From Halodesulfurarchaeum sp. (lineage in GTDB: Archaea; Halobacteriota; Halobacteria; Halobacteriales; Halobacteriaceae), in contig JBDGUI010000025.1 in the NCBI GenBank assembly GCA_042216015.1, forward strand, positions 1 through 22,939: a DNA stretch of 22,939 bases, given 5' to 3'. Under the pieces are notes generated by a model. That model did not search any database. It was not told where the DNA came from and was given only the letters and a program-made list of their open reading frames with translations. A program made the translations under genes and the position numbers. Position 1 is the first letter of the stretch; every line of letters begins with the position of its first letter. Below, piece after piece: positions 1 through 8,352 of the stretch.

Positions 1-45
1 GGGTCAGTCCGCCGGGCTTAACCCCCCGCTTGCCGAATCGCCGGT

Positions 46-504
46 ATGAACACGTCCATCGACTCGTTTCTCGCCGGAGACCAGCCCCAGCACGTCGCGG
101 CGTTTTTCGCCAGTGACGTGCTCTCCGACGCCGATACCCTCGCCGATCAGGCCTATGCGGAGGCCGCCGGTGAGGGTGTCAGGATCGTCGTGCCGGCGGA
201 CGCGGGCCGGGCGGCATTCGAGTCGGCCTCGGGGATCGATCCGATGGACTTCGCCGGCGAGGCCATGGGAACCGAGGGAAGGATCGCGACCGACCTCACC
301 GCGGGGAGCTGTCCCGGCGAAGGCGAGACCGACCCATCGAGGACGGGTGGGAAGCATTCCGTCCAGGTCGTCTTTGCGTTCGCGGAGGAACAAAACGAGG
401 AGGCGGGGGGCCTCTACGCCGACGGCGACGTGATCCACGCCTACGCGCGGTGTGCCTGTGGCGAAATGTACTCCGATAAGTGGCTCGTCGGGGAGCGCAC
501 GTAG
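46..504 (+). CDS. Conserved haloarchaeal protein, DUF5807-like, possibly metal-binding
   Basis: 152-aa acidic ORF. The C-terminal FAFAEEQNEEAGGLYADGDVIHAYARCACGEMYSDKW resembles the recalled DUF5807 family. Cys/His residues (SCP, H, CxC) could bind a metal. Confidence 0.7.
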   Translation: MNTSIDSFLAGDQPQHVAAFFASDVLSDADTLADQAYAEAAGEGVRIVVPADAGRAAFESASGIDPMDFAGEAMGTEGRIATDLTAGSCPGEGETDPSRTGGKHSVQVVFAFAEEQNEEAGGLYADGDVIHAYARCACGEMYSDKWLVGERT

Positions 505-527
505 GCCCACTCGGATGGGGCGACTTA

Positions 528-1610
528 CTATTCGTTCGCGGGCGGTTCCTCTGGGAGGTTCCAGAAAGCCTTCATGAGGAGCTGCTTTGCCGGCGCGCCC
601 CGGGTCGTCCAGTGGTGGGCGTAGTCCAGCATGTCGTCGTAGATCCGGGGCTTGCAACCGGCCGCCCTTGGATGGCCCCCACCGCCCACCTGGCGGGCCA
701 CCTCGTGGGCGCGTTCGAATCCCTCGGTTCCCCGGATCGAGGCACTGCCCGAGGGCTTGACGATGACGGCCGCGTCCGCACCCTGCTCGCGGAGTTCCTC
801 GGCGACCTCGTTTTGCGAGCATCGACCGTAGGTCACTCCGACGGTCCAGTCCCTGATCTCGTACATCTCCGCGCGGGCGACGGCCCGCTCGATGCGGTCT
901 TCTTTCTCCACGCGCTTTTCGGCGAGAAACTCCTGGACGTCCTCGGGGAAGTCGACGCCGTGGGCCTCGACGATCTCGAGGTACTCCGCTGGATCCGTCC
1001 AGTGTGAGAGGTCGGCGAGGTCGTCCGAGCGTTCGTCCTCCTTGATCCAGAGGTCGTGATCCCTGGTGACCTCGGCCAGTTCGACGAGCTGCGGTGACAC
1101 CTCGGCGTCCAGGGATCGGGCGGCGACGTCCGCCGTGCATTCCGTCGCGCTGTCACCGACGACGAGGTCGACACCGGCCTCCCTGACCGCGGCTTCTGCC
1201 TCCGCGGTCCACTGGTGGTGATCGTACCACGTGACGGCCTCCGCGTGGTCGAGAAGCGCCGCGAGTGGATCGGCGATCGCCTCCGGGTCGTCCGGGGCGA
1301 GATCGCAGATGTAGACCTCCCCGCCGGCCGCACCGAACTCCGCGGCCCGCTCGATGCCCTCTGCGAGTTCGTGGGGGCTCGCGGGGACGAACTCCACGTC
1401 CCCGAGGACGTCTCGAAGGATCGCGACACAGCCCAGCCCATCGGCGTCCGGGTCGACGACCGCAAGCACGTCCGCGCCACTGACGCGCGCTTCGATCTCC
1501 TCCTCTCGTTGCTCCTCGCGGATGTCCTCTGGCACGAAGAATCCCCTGCCCGGCAGCAGCGATTGCCGCTCGGGCGAGAGGTTCTCGTCGTCGATGACCC
1601 AGTCTTGCAT
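528..1610 (-). CDS. DHH/DHHA1 family phosphoesterase (nanoRNase/oligoribonuclease-like)
   Basis: Motifs DPDADG (DxD), ICDL, YDHH and the C-terminal DHHA1 signature GGGGHPRAAG. Acidic composition. Confidence 0.9.
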   Translation of the reverse strand: MQDWVIDDENLSPERQSLLPGRGFFVPEDIREEQREEEIEARVSGADVLAVVDPDADGLGCVAILRDVLGDVEFVPASPHELAEGIERAAEFGAAGGEVYICDLAPDDPEAIADPLAALLDHAEAVTWYDHHQWTAEAEAAVREAGVDLVVGDSATECTADVAARSLDAEVSPQLVELAEVTRDHDLWIKEDERSDDLADLSHWTDPAEYLEIVEAHGVDFPEDVQEFLAEKRVEKEDRIERAVARAEMYEIRDWTVGVTYGRCSQNEVAEELREQGADAAVIVKPSGSASIRGTEGFERAHEVARQVGGGGHPRAAGCKPRIYDDMLDYAHHWTTRGAPAKQLLMKAFWNLPEEPPANE

Positions 1611-1662
1611 ATCGGTGAGTCGGCATCGGCGGGTAAGAAACGTCCGATCCCGCGCCCGGGCG

Positions 1663-2196
1663 TTACCGCCCCTCAGCCAGCCGGATGCTCATCTCCCGCT
1701 CGAAGTCCTCGGCGCCGGTCCCTTCGAAACCGACCTTCCGGTAGAGGTAGGTGGCGGGCTTGTTCCACCGCTCGACGGTCAGCCAGACCCTCTCGACCCC
1801 GTTTTCGGCCGCATGCCCCAGCAGGGCCTCCAGGAGTTTCGTGCCGATTCCGGCGTCCTGGTAATCCTGATGGACGAAGATCGCGAGTTCGTAGGCGCCC
1901 TCGTCGTCCCCGACCAGTGTGGCGTGGCCGATCAGGTCGCCGTCGTGGCTTGCGACGACGTTGTAACAGTCCTGACAGAGGAGGTGATCGAGCCATTCCC
2001 GAATGGCCCCCTCGCCCACCGGGGGGATCCCCTGGGCCCGCTCTGCGGGGTCGAAGTCGGCGTACATCTCGACGAGTCCGTTCAGTTCGTCGTCGTATAT
2101 CTCGATCTCGACCGTTCTCCCCTCCTCGTCGGTCCACCCCATCGGCGGAGTCGGGAACGGGCCGGCTGCCTCCTCGGGATACCGTCTGTCGGTCAT
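1663..2196 (-). CDS. GNAT family N-acetyltransferase (Pat-like protein lysine acetyltransferase candidate)
   Basis: Acetyl-CoA motif A FVHQDYQDAGIGTKLL and motif B NKPATYLYRKVGF. The start overlaps the uspA stop (ATGA, 2193-2196). Confidence 0.9.
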   Translation of the reverse strand: MTDRRYPEEAAGPFPTPPMGWTDEEGRTVEIEIYDDELNGLVEMYADFDPAERAQGIPPVGEGAIREWLDHLLCQDCYNVVASHDGDLIGHATLVGDDEGAYELAIFVHQDYQDAGIGTKLLEALLGHAAENGVERVWLTVERWNKPATYLYRKVGFEGTGAEDFEREMSIRLAEGR

Positions 2197-2561
2197 CTGA
2201 GCAGGGTCACGCTGACGTGGGAGTTGAGCAGGACGAACTCGGCGACGGAGCCGATCCGGATCTTGCCCATCGGGCTCTGCTCGCCGCCGCCCAGCACGAT
2301 GCGATCGAATTCCTCGGATTCGGCGATCTCCACCACGCGGCTGCCCGGATGCCCCTCGATCCGTCTCACGTCAACCTCGGGGAGTGTCCCCTCGACCACC
2401 TCCCGGACGGCCGTCTCGGTCTCGTCCATGGAGCCCTCCCCGTCGGGATGTTCGAGGACGGCGACCGTGAGGTCGTCCCCGACCGATCGAACCCGCTCGA
2501 CGGTCCGCTCGAGCGCTCCGAGCGAGTCAGAACCGGCCTGCAACCCGAACAGCACCTTCAT
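2193..2561 (-). CDS. Universal stress protein (UspA family)
   Basis: 122 aa with IEGHPGSRVVEIAESEEFDRIVLGG and the USP C-terminal motif IGSVAEFVLLNSHVSVTLLR. Confidence 0.85.
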   Translation of the reverse strand: MKVLFGLQAGSDSLGALERTVERVRSVGDDLTVAVLEHPDGEGSMDETETAVREVVEGTLPEVDVRRIEGHPGSRVVEIAESEEFDRIVLGGGEQSPMGKIRIGSVAEFVLLNSHVSVTLLR

Positions 2562-2690
2562 GGGTCACACTGGCCCGGCCGGCGCAAAAGGATTACTGCT
2601 CCCGGCCGTTCGAAGCCCCGGGGATCACTACTCCCTCGAGATCCGGGGAAACCCCGTCACGCTTTTGCGGACCCGCTCGATACAAGCGGT

Positions 2691-3335
2691 ATGGACGAGG
2701 ATCCGGCGGCCGTCACGCCACCCGATCGCCGGGTCAGTGCCGGCCCCGACTCGGTTCGGACCCTCCTTTCGGTCTCGCCCCGCGAACTCGACGAGCGGGT
2801 TCCCGAGGACGTCCGAACGTACGAGCGGTTCACAAAGGTCGACGGCGCGACCTACGAGCGGGTCAACGAGTTCCTTCGGGATCGAACCTACATCACGGCT
2901 CGTGAGTGGGCAATCGCCAGACTCTGTGCGGATTTCCGGACCGAGACGGGCGTCGAGATGACCAAAATCGGCGAGAACCTGCCCGAACTGGTCCCCTTCA
3001 TGACCGACACCTACACCCCACAGGCGGTCAACCAGGCCCGCTCGGCCTTCGAGGACAAGGTCCGGATGGCCGGCGCGACCTTTCTCTATGGGGCGATGAG
3101 CGGCTTCTTCACGGCCGACGAACTCGACGAGGTCATGTACGAGGCGACGGAGGTCGCCAAGTTCCTGCTCGAGGTCGAGGGTGTCGACCTGGCCGTCGAC
3201 GAGGAACTCGAGGGCGAGGAGCGGATCTCCTCGGTGATGCGGGAGGTCCGGGAGGCAAGCGAGGAGCTCCGGCGCGAGGAGCAGACCTGTCCGGAGTGTG
3301 GACATACGTTCGGCGGCGAGAGTGAAGGCCCCTGA
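2691..3335 (+). CDS. Conserved haloarchaeal protein, DUF5806-like, with C-terminal CPxCG motif
   Basis: The real gene is the acidic C-terminal part of track ORF 1215..3335, from ATG 2691. Its core (EFLRDRTYITAREWAIARLCADFRTETGVEMTKIGENLPELVPFM) resembles recalled DUF5806. Ends with CPECG. Confidence 0.75.
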   Translation: MDEDPAAVTPPDRRVSAGPDSVRTLLSVSPRELDERVPEDVRTYERFTKVDGATYERVNEFLRDRTYITAREWAIARLCADFRTETGVEMTKIGENLPELVPFMTDTYTPQAVNQARSAFEDKVRMAGATFLYGAMSGFFTADELDEVMYEATEVAKFLLEVEGVDLAVDEELEGEERISSVMREVREASEELRREEQTCPECGHTFGGESEGP

Positions 3336-3352
3336 CCGGCTGGAACTGGCGA

Positions 3353-4633
3353 TCACCGCACGTTTTTGCCCACCCTGTCTCCGAATGACCCCTCCGCGTT
3401 CGTCGGGTCCGGGCTCTCCCAGACCACCGACCCCCGGACCATCGTCAATTCGGGGAAAATCCCTGTCATTCCCTCGAAGGGAGTCCAGTCGGACTTTCCG
3501 TGGAGGTCCTCGCCCCGAATCTCCCGCGCATCGGCCGGATCGACCACCACGAGGTCGGCATCTGCCCCCGGCTGGATCCGTCCCTTCGAGGGGAGGTCGA
3601 AGATCCGGGCCGGGTTTCTGGCCGTGAGGTCCCGCACCCGCGCGGCGTCGAGTCGGCCGGCACGCACCTCTCGAAGGAGGAGCGGGAGGGCCGTCTCGAC
3701 ACCCGGGACTCCGCTCGGGGCCGACCAGATGTCGGTGTCCTTCTGCTCGCGGGTGTGGGGGGCGTGATCGGTCGCGATCACGTCGACCGTTCCGTCCCCC
3801 ACGCGGTCGTAGACGGCCTGTCGGCGGGTTTCGTCCCGGAGGGGCGGGTTCATTCGCCCGAAGGTCCCCAGCTCCTCACTGTCGTCAGTCGAGAGGAGGA
3901 GGTGATGGGGTGTCACCTCGGTCGTCGCTCCGGCCGCGGCGGCCCGGTCGATCCCCTCCGGGGTGCTCGCATGGGCGATGTGGATCGGTGTGTCGAGTTC
4001 GTTCGCGGCCTCGACGGCCTGGGCGATGGCAACGACCTCGGCCTGGGCCGGTCGATATTCGCTCCAGGCGCCCGGATCCGTTCGATCGGTCACGCGTTCC
4101 TCGAAGTACTCGGCGTTCTCCGCGTGGACCGTCGTCACGACGCCGGCGGCTTTCGCCCGTTCGAGGGCGGCTTCGAAGAGCGATCTCCCGATTCCCATGT
4201 CACCAGTCGAATCGGCGAGGAAGACCTCGCCAAGGGCGAACAGCGGCCGGTCGAACAGTTCGGCCGGCTGCCAGTCCGGCGTGACTCCACCGTTGAGCCC
4301 CCAGTCGACGAGCGAGTCGGCCGCGATCCCGGCCTTCCGGTCGAAACTGGGCCCGTCGACGGTCGGGGGATCGGTGTTCGGCTGGTCGACGACGGTCGTG
4401 ACGCCACCGACCGCCGCCGCCCGGCTCCCGGTCCGCCAGGTCTCCTTCTCGGGGAACCCGGGCTGACGGAAGTGGACGTGGACGTCGATCATGCCCGGGA
4501 AGAGCCACTTGCCACGCAGGTCACAGAGCGTGTCACCGTCGAGTTCGGATCCAACGGCTCCGATTTTCTCGCCGTCGATCGCGACGTCCCGCTCGCGGCC
4601 GTCGGGCAGCGTCGCGTTCCGGAGGACGCGCAT
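3353..4633 (-). CDS. pyrC: Dihydroorotase
   Basis: Amidohydrolase motifs PGMIDVHVHFRQPG, DQPNT, HAE, HIAHAST, EVTPHHL, MNPPLR, ATDHAPH, PSGVPGVET. ATG 4633 preferred because a TTTAGG box lies about 27 nt upstream. Confidence 0.9.
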   Translation of the reverse strand: MRVLRNATLPDGRERDVAIDGEKIGAVGSELDGDTLCDLRGKWLFPGMIDVHVHFRQPGFPEKETWRTGSRAAAVGGVTTVVDQPNTDPPTVDGPSFDRKAGIAADSLVDWGLNGGVTPDWQPAELFDRPLFALGEVFLADSTGDMGIGRSLFEAALERAKAAGVVTTVHAENAEYFEERVTDRTDPGAWSEYRPAQAEVVAIAQAVEAANELDTPIHIAHASTPEGIDRAAAAGATTEVTPHHLLLSTDDSEELGTFGRMNPPLRDETRRQAVYDRVGDGTVDVIATDHAPHTREQKDTDIWSAPSGVPGVETALPLLLREVRAGRLDAARVRDLTARNPARIFDLPSKGRIQPGADADLVVVDPADAREIRGEDLHGKSDWTPFEGMTGIFPELTMVRGSVVWESPDPTNAEGSFGDRVGKNVR

Positions 4634-4755
4634 GGGCACCCTTCCCGTGGAACCGGCCTAAAGGTGCCGGGAGCGGGCCGGCTGTCCGGTCGCACTTGGG
4701 CGCCGGTGGCGACCGGGACCGAAGGGATGAATCCGACTCGACGCCAAATCCGCCC

Positions 4756-5577
4756 ATGGTTTCGCTGGGACCGGCTGCTCTCACCCCCTTCCCGCGCGTG
4801 GCCCGGTACAACTCGCCCTACCGGGCCCACCGGGACGGCCAGGCCATCGACCTCTACCCCGGCACAAATGAGGCCCCGAGCCCGGTCGCCGGGACCGTGG
4901 TCGAGACGCGAACGACCCGGGCGCCGAGCCGTTCGTACGCCGCGGACGAGGATCACCTCATCGTCGTCGATACCGGGTCCGAACTCGCCCGAATCCTCCA
5001 CGTCGACCCCATCGTCGAACCGGGTGAGACGATCGATCTGGGCGAGACATTCGGCACACTCGTCCGCTCGGGGTACTTCGCCCCGTGGGTCGACAACCAC
5101 GTCCACCTGGGATTCCGGGAGTACAGCAGCGATCCGATCCGGGCCAGCGGCTCGCTCCCCGTTTCCCTCGACGTTCCGTTCGGGAGCGTAACGTGGGACG
5201 GAACCGGCACGGTCCGGGAGGTCGGTGACACCGACGCGATTCTCGACACCCCCGTCCATCCCGCGTCTGGCGAGCGGTTCGTCGGAATCGCCGACGATTC
5301 GGGGCAGCGAATCCTCGATGGAGGGATTCCACACTACGAGACTGGCGGGGTGCATTCGGTCGACGGCGATGGAGGCAGGGGACCGACTTCCCTCCTTGGG
5401 ACCGAACTCGCCACCGGATCCGGGACCGTCGAATGGAACGACGTGACCGTCCGTGCGAACGGCGAAGTAATCACCGGCCTGTCCTTCGTCCTCGGTCGGG
5501 ACGACGCGAGTGCGAAACTCATCTGTCCGGACGTCGAGTTCGCCGTCGGCGACCCTGTTTCCGTGAGGATCGAGTGA
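4756..5577 (+). CDS. Hypothetical protein with M23/LytM-like zinc metallopeptidase motifs
   Basis: HRDGQAIDL (H...D), SPVAGTVV, ILHVDPIVEPGETI..GETFG and NHVHLGFR (HxH), in M23 order. Start taken at ATG 4756 rather than the track's TTG 4696. Confidence 0.6.
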   Translation: MVSLGPAALTPFPRVARYNSPYRAHRDGQAIDLYPGTNEAPSPVAGTVVETRTTRAPSRSYAADEDHLIVVDTGSELARILHVDPIVEPGETIDLGETFGTLVRSGYFAPWVDNHVHLGFREYSSDPIRASGSLPVSLDVPFGSVTWDGTGTVREVGDTDAILDTPVHPASGERFVGIADDSGQRILDGGIPHYETGGVHSVDGDGGRGPTSLLGTELATGSGTVEWNDVTVRANGEVITGLSFVLGRDDASAKLICPDVEFAVGDPVSVRIE

Positions 5578-5594
5578 GCCCGTTCTCCTCCCTC

Positions 5595-6167
5595 TCAACG
5601 GAACTCGACGTCCTCGCTGGTGACCGTCTCGCCGAACACCCAGTCGGCGTGCTCGAGGGCGTAGTCCCGGTGGTCGGGATCGACGTAGCCCACGGCATCG
5701 GCCACGAGAACGGGCTTGAAGTCCCGCAGCGCGGCGCTGGCTGCCGTGTGCAGCACACAGACGTTGGCGAGGGTGCCGACGAGAAGCAGATCATCGAGGC
5801 CGTCCTCCGCGAGGAATTCCTCGAAGGAGGTGTCGTAGAACGCGTCGTAGGTGTGCTTCTCGAGGACGTGATCCTCCTCCTCCACGCGAAGGTCCTCGAC
5901 GAGTTCGGCACCCCAGGTTCCCTCGATGACGTGTTCGCCCCAGCGCTCGAACTCGTCGGTGTAATGGGTGTCTTCGAACTGGTCCTCGGTGTGGACGTCA
6001 CGGGTGAACACGACCTGAACCCCCGCTTTCCGGCCCCGGGCGAGCAACCGGGTGATCGGGTCGATCGCCCGCTCGCTGGGTTCGGCATAGAGCGCCCCGT
6101 CGGGGTGGCAGAAGTCCTTTTGCATGTCCACGACCACGAGTGCCGTCGTGGCTGGATCGAACTGCAT
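5595..6167 (-). CDS. Isochorismatase-family cysteine hydrolase, probable nicotinamidase (PncA-like)
   Basis: From ATG 6167 (MQFDPATTALVVVDMQKDF). Catalytic D/K/C in VDMQ, EKHTYDAF and GTLANVC. Metal-ligand motifs DVH and WGEH. pncB lies 2.2 kb away. Confidence 0.8.
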   Translation of the reverse strand: MQFDPATTALVVVDMQKDFCHPDGALYAEPSERAIDPITRLLARGRKAGVQVVFTRDVHTEDQFEDTHYTDEFERWGEHVIEGTWGAELVEDLRVEEEDHVLEKHTYDAFYDTSFEEFLAEDGLDDLLLVGTLANVCVLHTAASAALRDFKPVLVADAVGYVDPDHRDYALEHADWVFGETVTSEDVEFR

Positions 6168-6267
6168 GGGGATCGATAGGGGCTGGAGGGTCAAAACCGT
6201 TGATTCGATCCGTGCGGTGATTGCCCCGGGCGGCAGGATTTTCAGGCCGCCTCGCCCAGAGGGGAAC

Positions 6268-7863
6268 ATGCGTCGGGCCTTCGCCGTCGTGATGGTCGCC
6301 CTGCTTCTCGCTGGCGCTGGCTGTGTCTCCGCACCGGCACCGGCCCAGCCGGCGGCGTCCACGGCACCCGATTCGACGCCGGATCCTGCCGGTGGAACCA
6401 CGACTGCACCGGTCGACCCGCCAACCTTCAACGCCACCCCGACCGACGATCCACCCCCCGATCCCGAAACCGACCGGCTTGGGTGGGAGAACGGCTACTG
6501 GCACAACGAGACCCTCGCGGTCGACCCGGATGACGGTCTGGACCGCGCCGAACTCGAGGCCGTGGTCGGACGGGCCCAGGCACGGGTCGAGGCGATTCGG
6601 CACCTCGAATTCGAGGTATCCGTCCACGTCCGGATCATCGATCGGGAGAAGTGGCGAAATCGGACCACGGGCGGATCCGGGGCCACCGTGAACCAGCGTC
6701 TTCACCAGGACGTCAAGCTCGAGGCCCTCTTTTTCGTGGGGGAGCAGGAGAGTGCGATCAGCCAACAGGAGGAGAACCGGGCGACGGGCGTGATGGGGTA
6801 TTACGTACCGGGATCACACAACATCACGATCGTCTCTGACGGCGGGGATACCCTGGAGATGAACGAAGTCACCCTCGCCCAGGAACTCTTCCATGCCGTC
6901 CAGGAGCAGCACTTCGAGGTTTCGACGTGGAACTACGACACCGAGGAGGAACGCAACGCCGCCCTGGGGATCATCGAGGGGGACGGGAACTACGTCGATT
7001 ACCTCTACGAGCAAACCTATGCGGGCTCCCTCGTCATGCCCGTGCAATCCGGTGGGGGTGGCGGTGGCGGGGGAGACCGTCACATCGGGCTGTTCGCCCT
7101 GCGTTACCAGCCCTACAGCGACGGGCCATCCTTCGTTCGGGACATTCGGGAGACGTCCGGGTGGGCCGGGGTGAACGCCGTCTACGAGAATCCACCCGAG
7201 AGCAGCTCACAGACCATCCACCCGGCGCGATACCCGACGAATCTCTCGACGGAGGTCCACATCGAGGATCGCTCGACGGCGGAGTGGTGGGTTCCCGACC
7301 AGGGGAAGGGGAACGTCGACTACGCGGAGTTCGGCGAGGCCGGCCTGTACGCCATGCTCTGGTACCCGAGCTTCGCCCGCACGTCGGAAACCGGCTCCGT
7401 CACGAACGTCGTCATTCCCTACCGTCACTTTTTCCGGACCGAGGGCGAACTCGACGCGTACAATTACTCCCATCCAGTGACGACCGGGTGGCGGGGGGAC
7501 AAGCTGCTCCCCTATCGTCGCGAGAATTCCGCCGCAACGCACGAGACGGGCTACGTCTGGCGGATCGAGTGGGCGACCGCAACCGACGCCCGCGAGTTCC
7601 GCAGGGCCTACCTCGAACTCCTCCGTCACCACGGCGCGACGGCGGTCGACGGGAGTGAAGCCAGATACCGCATCCGGACCGGGCCGTTTGCCGACGCCTT
7701 CTCCGTGACACGCGAGGGGGCAACCGTGACGATCGTGAACGCCCCGACCATCGGGGACCTTGACGACGTTCACAACCAACCGGATAGCGGTCGACGATTC
7801 CTCCGCGGCGACCGAGCGCTCCCACGGCCTATTTATCCGATCCGACCGTCTGTTCCAGCATGA
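6268..7863 (+). CDS. Hvo_1808-like surface lipoprotein with zincin-like motif
   Basis: From ATG 6268: signal peptide MRRAFAVVMVALLLAGAGC with lipobox Cys, then a Pro/Thr linker. Family-like PPDPETDRLGWENGYWHNE, TLAQELFHAVQEQHF, IIEGDGNYV, GWRGDKL and GYVWRIEW. Confidence 0.75.
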   Translation: MRRAFAVVMVALLLAGAGCVSAPAPAQPAASTAPDSTPDPAGGTTTAPVDPPTFNATPTDDPPPDPETDRLGWENGYWHNETLAVDPDDGLDRAELEAVVGRAQARVEAIRHLEFEVSVHVRIIDREKWRNRTTGGSGATVNQRLHQDVKLEALFFVGEQESAISQQEENRATGVMGYYVPGSHNITIVSDGGDTLEMNEVTLAQELFHAVQEQHFEVSTWNYDTEEERNAALGIIEGDGNYVDYLYEQTYAGSLVMPVQSGGGGGGGGDRHIGLFALRYQPYSDGPSFVRDIRETSGWAGVNAVYENPPESSSQTIHPARYPTNLSTEVHIEDRSTAEWWVPDQGKGNVDYAEFGEAGLYAMLWYPSFARTSETGSVTNVVIPYRHFFRTEGELDAYNYSHPVTTGWRGDKLLPYRRENSAATHETGYVWRIEWATATDAREFRRAYLELLRHHGATAVDGSEARYRIRTGPFADAFSVTREGATVTIVNAPTIGDLDDVHNQPDSGRRFLRGDRALPRPIYPIRPSVPA

Positions 7864-8279
7864 TATCTACCGTTCTCGTTCCGATGGACGACTCGGAGAT
7901 GTCCGCCCAGGCCCTGCGATACGCGCTCGATTCGTACCCGGAGGCCGAGGTCACCGTCCTGCACGTCGTCGGCGAGCCGTCGCCGTTGATGGGTGAGGCG
8001 ACGGGGCTGGCCCTGGCCGAAGACATCGACGAGGAGGCCGAAGAGATCGCCGAGCCGATCTTCGAGTCGGCCCAGGAGATCGCAGCGGAGACCGACCGGA
8101 CGATCGAGACAGTCGTCGATCTGGGGCATCCGGCGCGGGCGATCCTGAATCGGGCGAAGAACTTCGACACGGTGGTGATCGGGGCACACGGGGGATCGCT
8201 CAGGGATCGACTCCTCGTGGGCAACGTGGCCGATCGGGTCTTCAAGCGCTCGCCGGTCCCGGTCGTCTCCGTCCGATAG
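7860..8279 (+). CDS. Universal stress protein (UspA family)
   Basis: VLVPMDDSEMSAQALRYA, GHPARAIL and VVIGAHGGSLRDRLLVGNVADRVFKRSPVPV. A TTTAT box at about 7832-7836 lies ~27 nt before the ATG. Confidence 0.92.
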   Translation: MISTVLVPMDDSEMSAQALRYALDSYPEAEVTVLHVVGEPSPLMGEATGLALAEDIDEEAEEIAEPIFESAQEIAAETDRTIETVVDLGHPARAILNRAKNFDTVVIGAHGGSLRDRLLVGNVADRVFKRSPVPVVSVR

Positions 8280-8352
8280 TGGGGCCAGAGAGCAGGGTTT
8301 TTCGCCCGGGCCGTGGTAAGGCCACCATGCACACCCATGGGAGGCGTCTCGG

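Noticed and set aside
1215..2690. N-terminal part of the 706-aa + strand ORF, and similar long ORFs (1354..2961, 3500..5191, 15297..18122, 4..1140, 13358..14476)
   Set aside because: Antisense or off-frame shadows of real genes in high-GC DNA. They are Arg/Pro-rich or motif-free and overlap clearly identifiable genes.
4684..4719. Inverted repeat CCGGTCGC...GCGACCGG between divergent pyrC and the M23-like gene
   Set aside because: An 8-10-bp GC-only stem is plausible by chance at this GC content, and it lies outside both predicted leaderless transcripts.
7051..7074. Poly-Gly tract in the lipoprotein as a phase-variable repeat
   Set aside because: Encoded by mixed Gly codons with no long homopolymer. 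An ordinary flexible linker.
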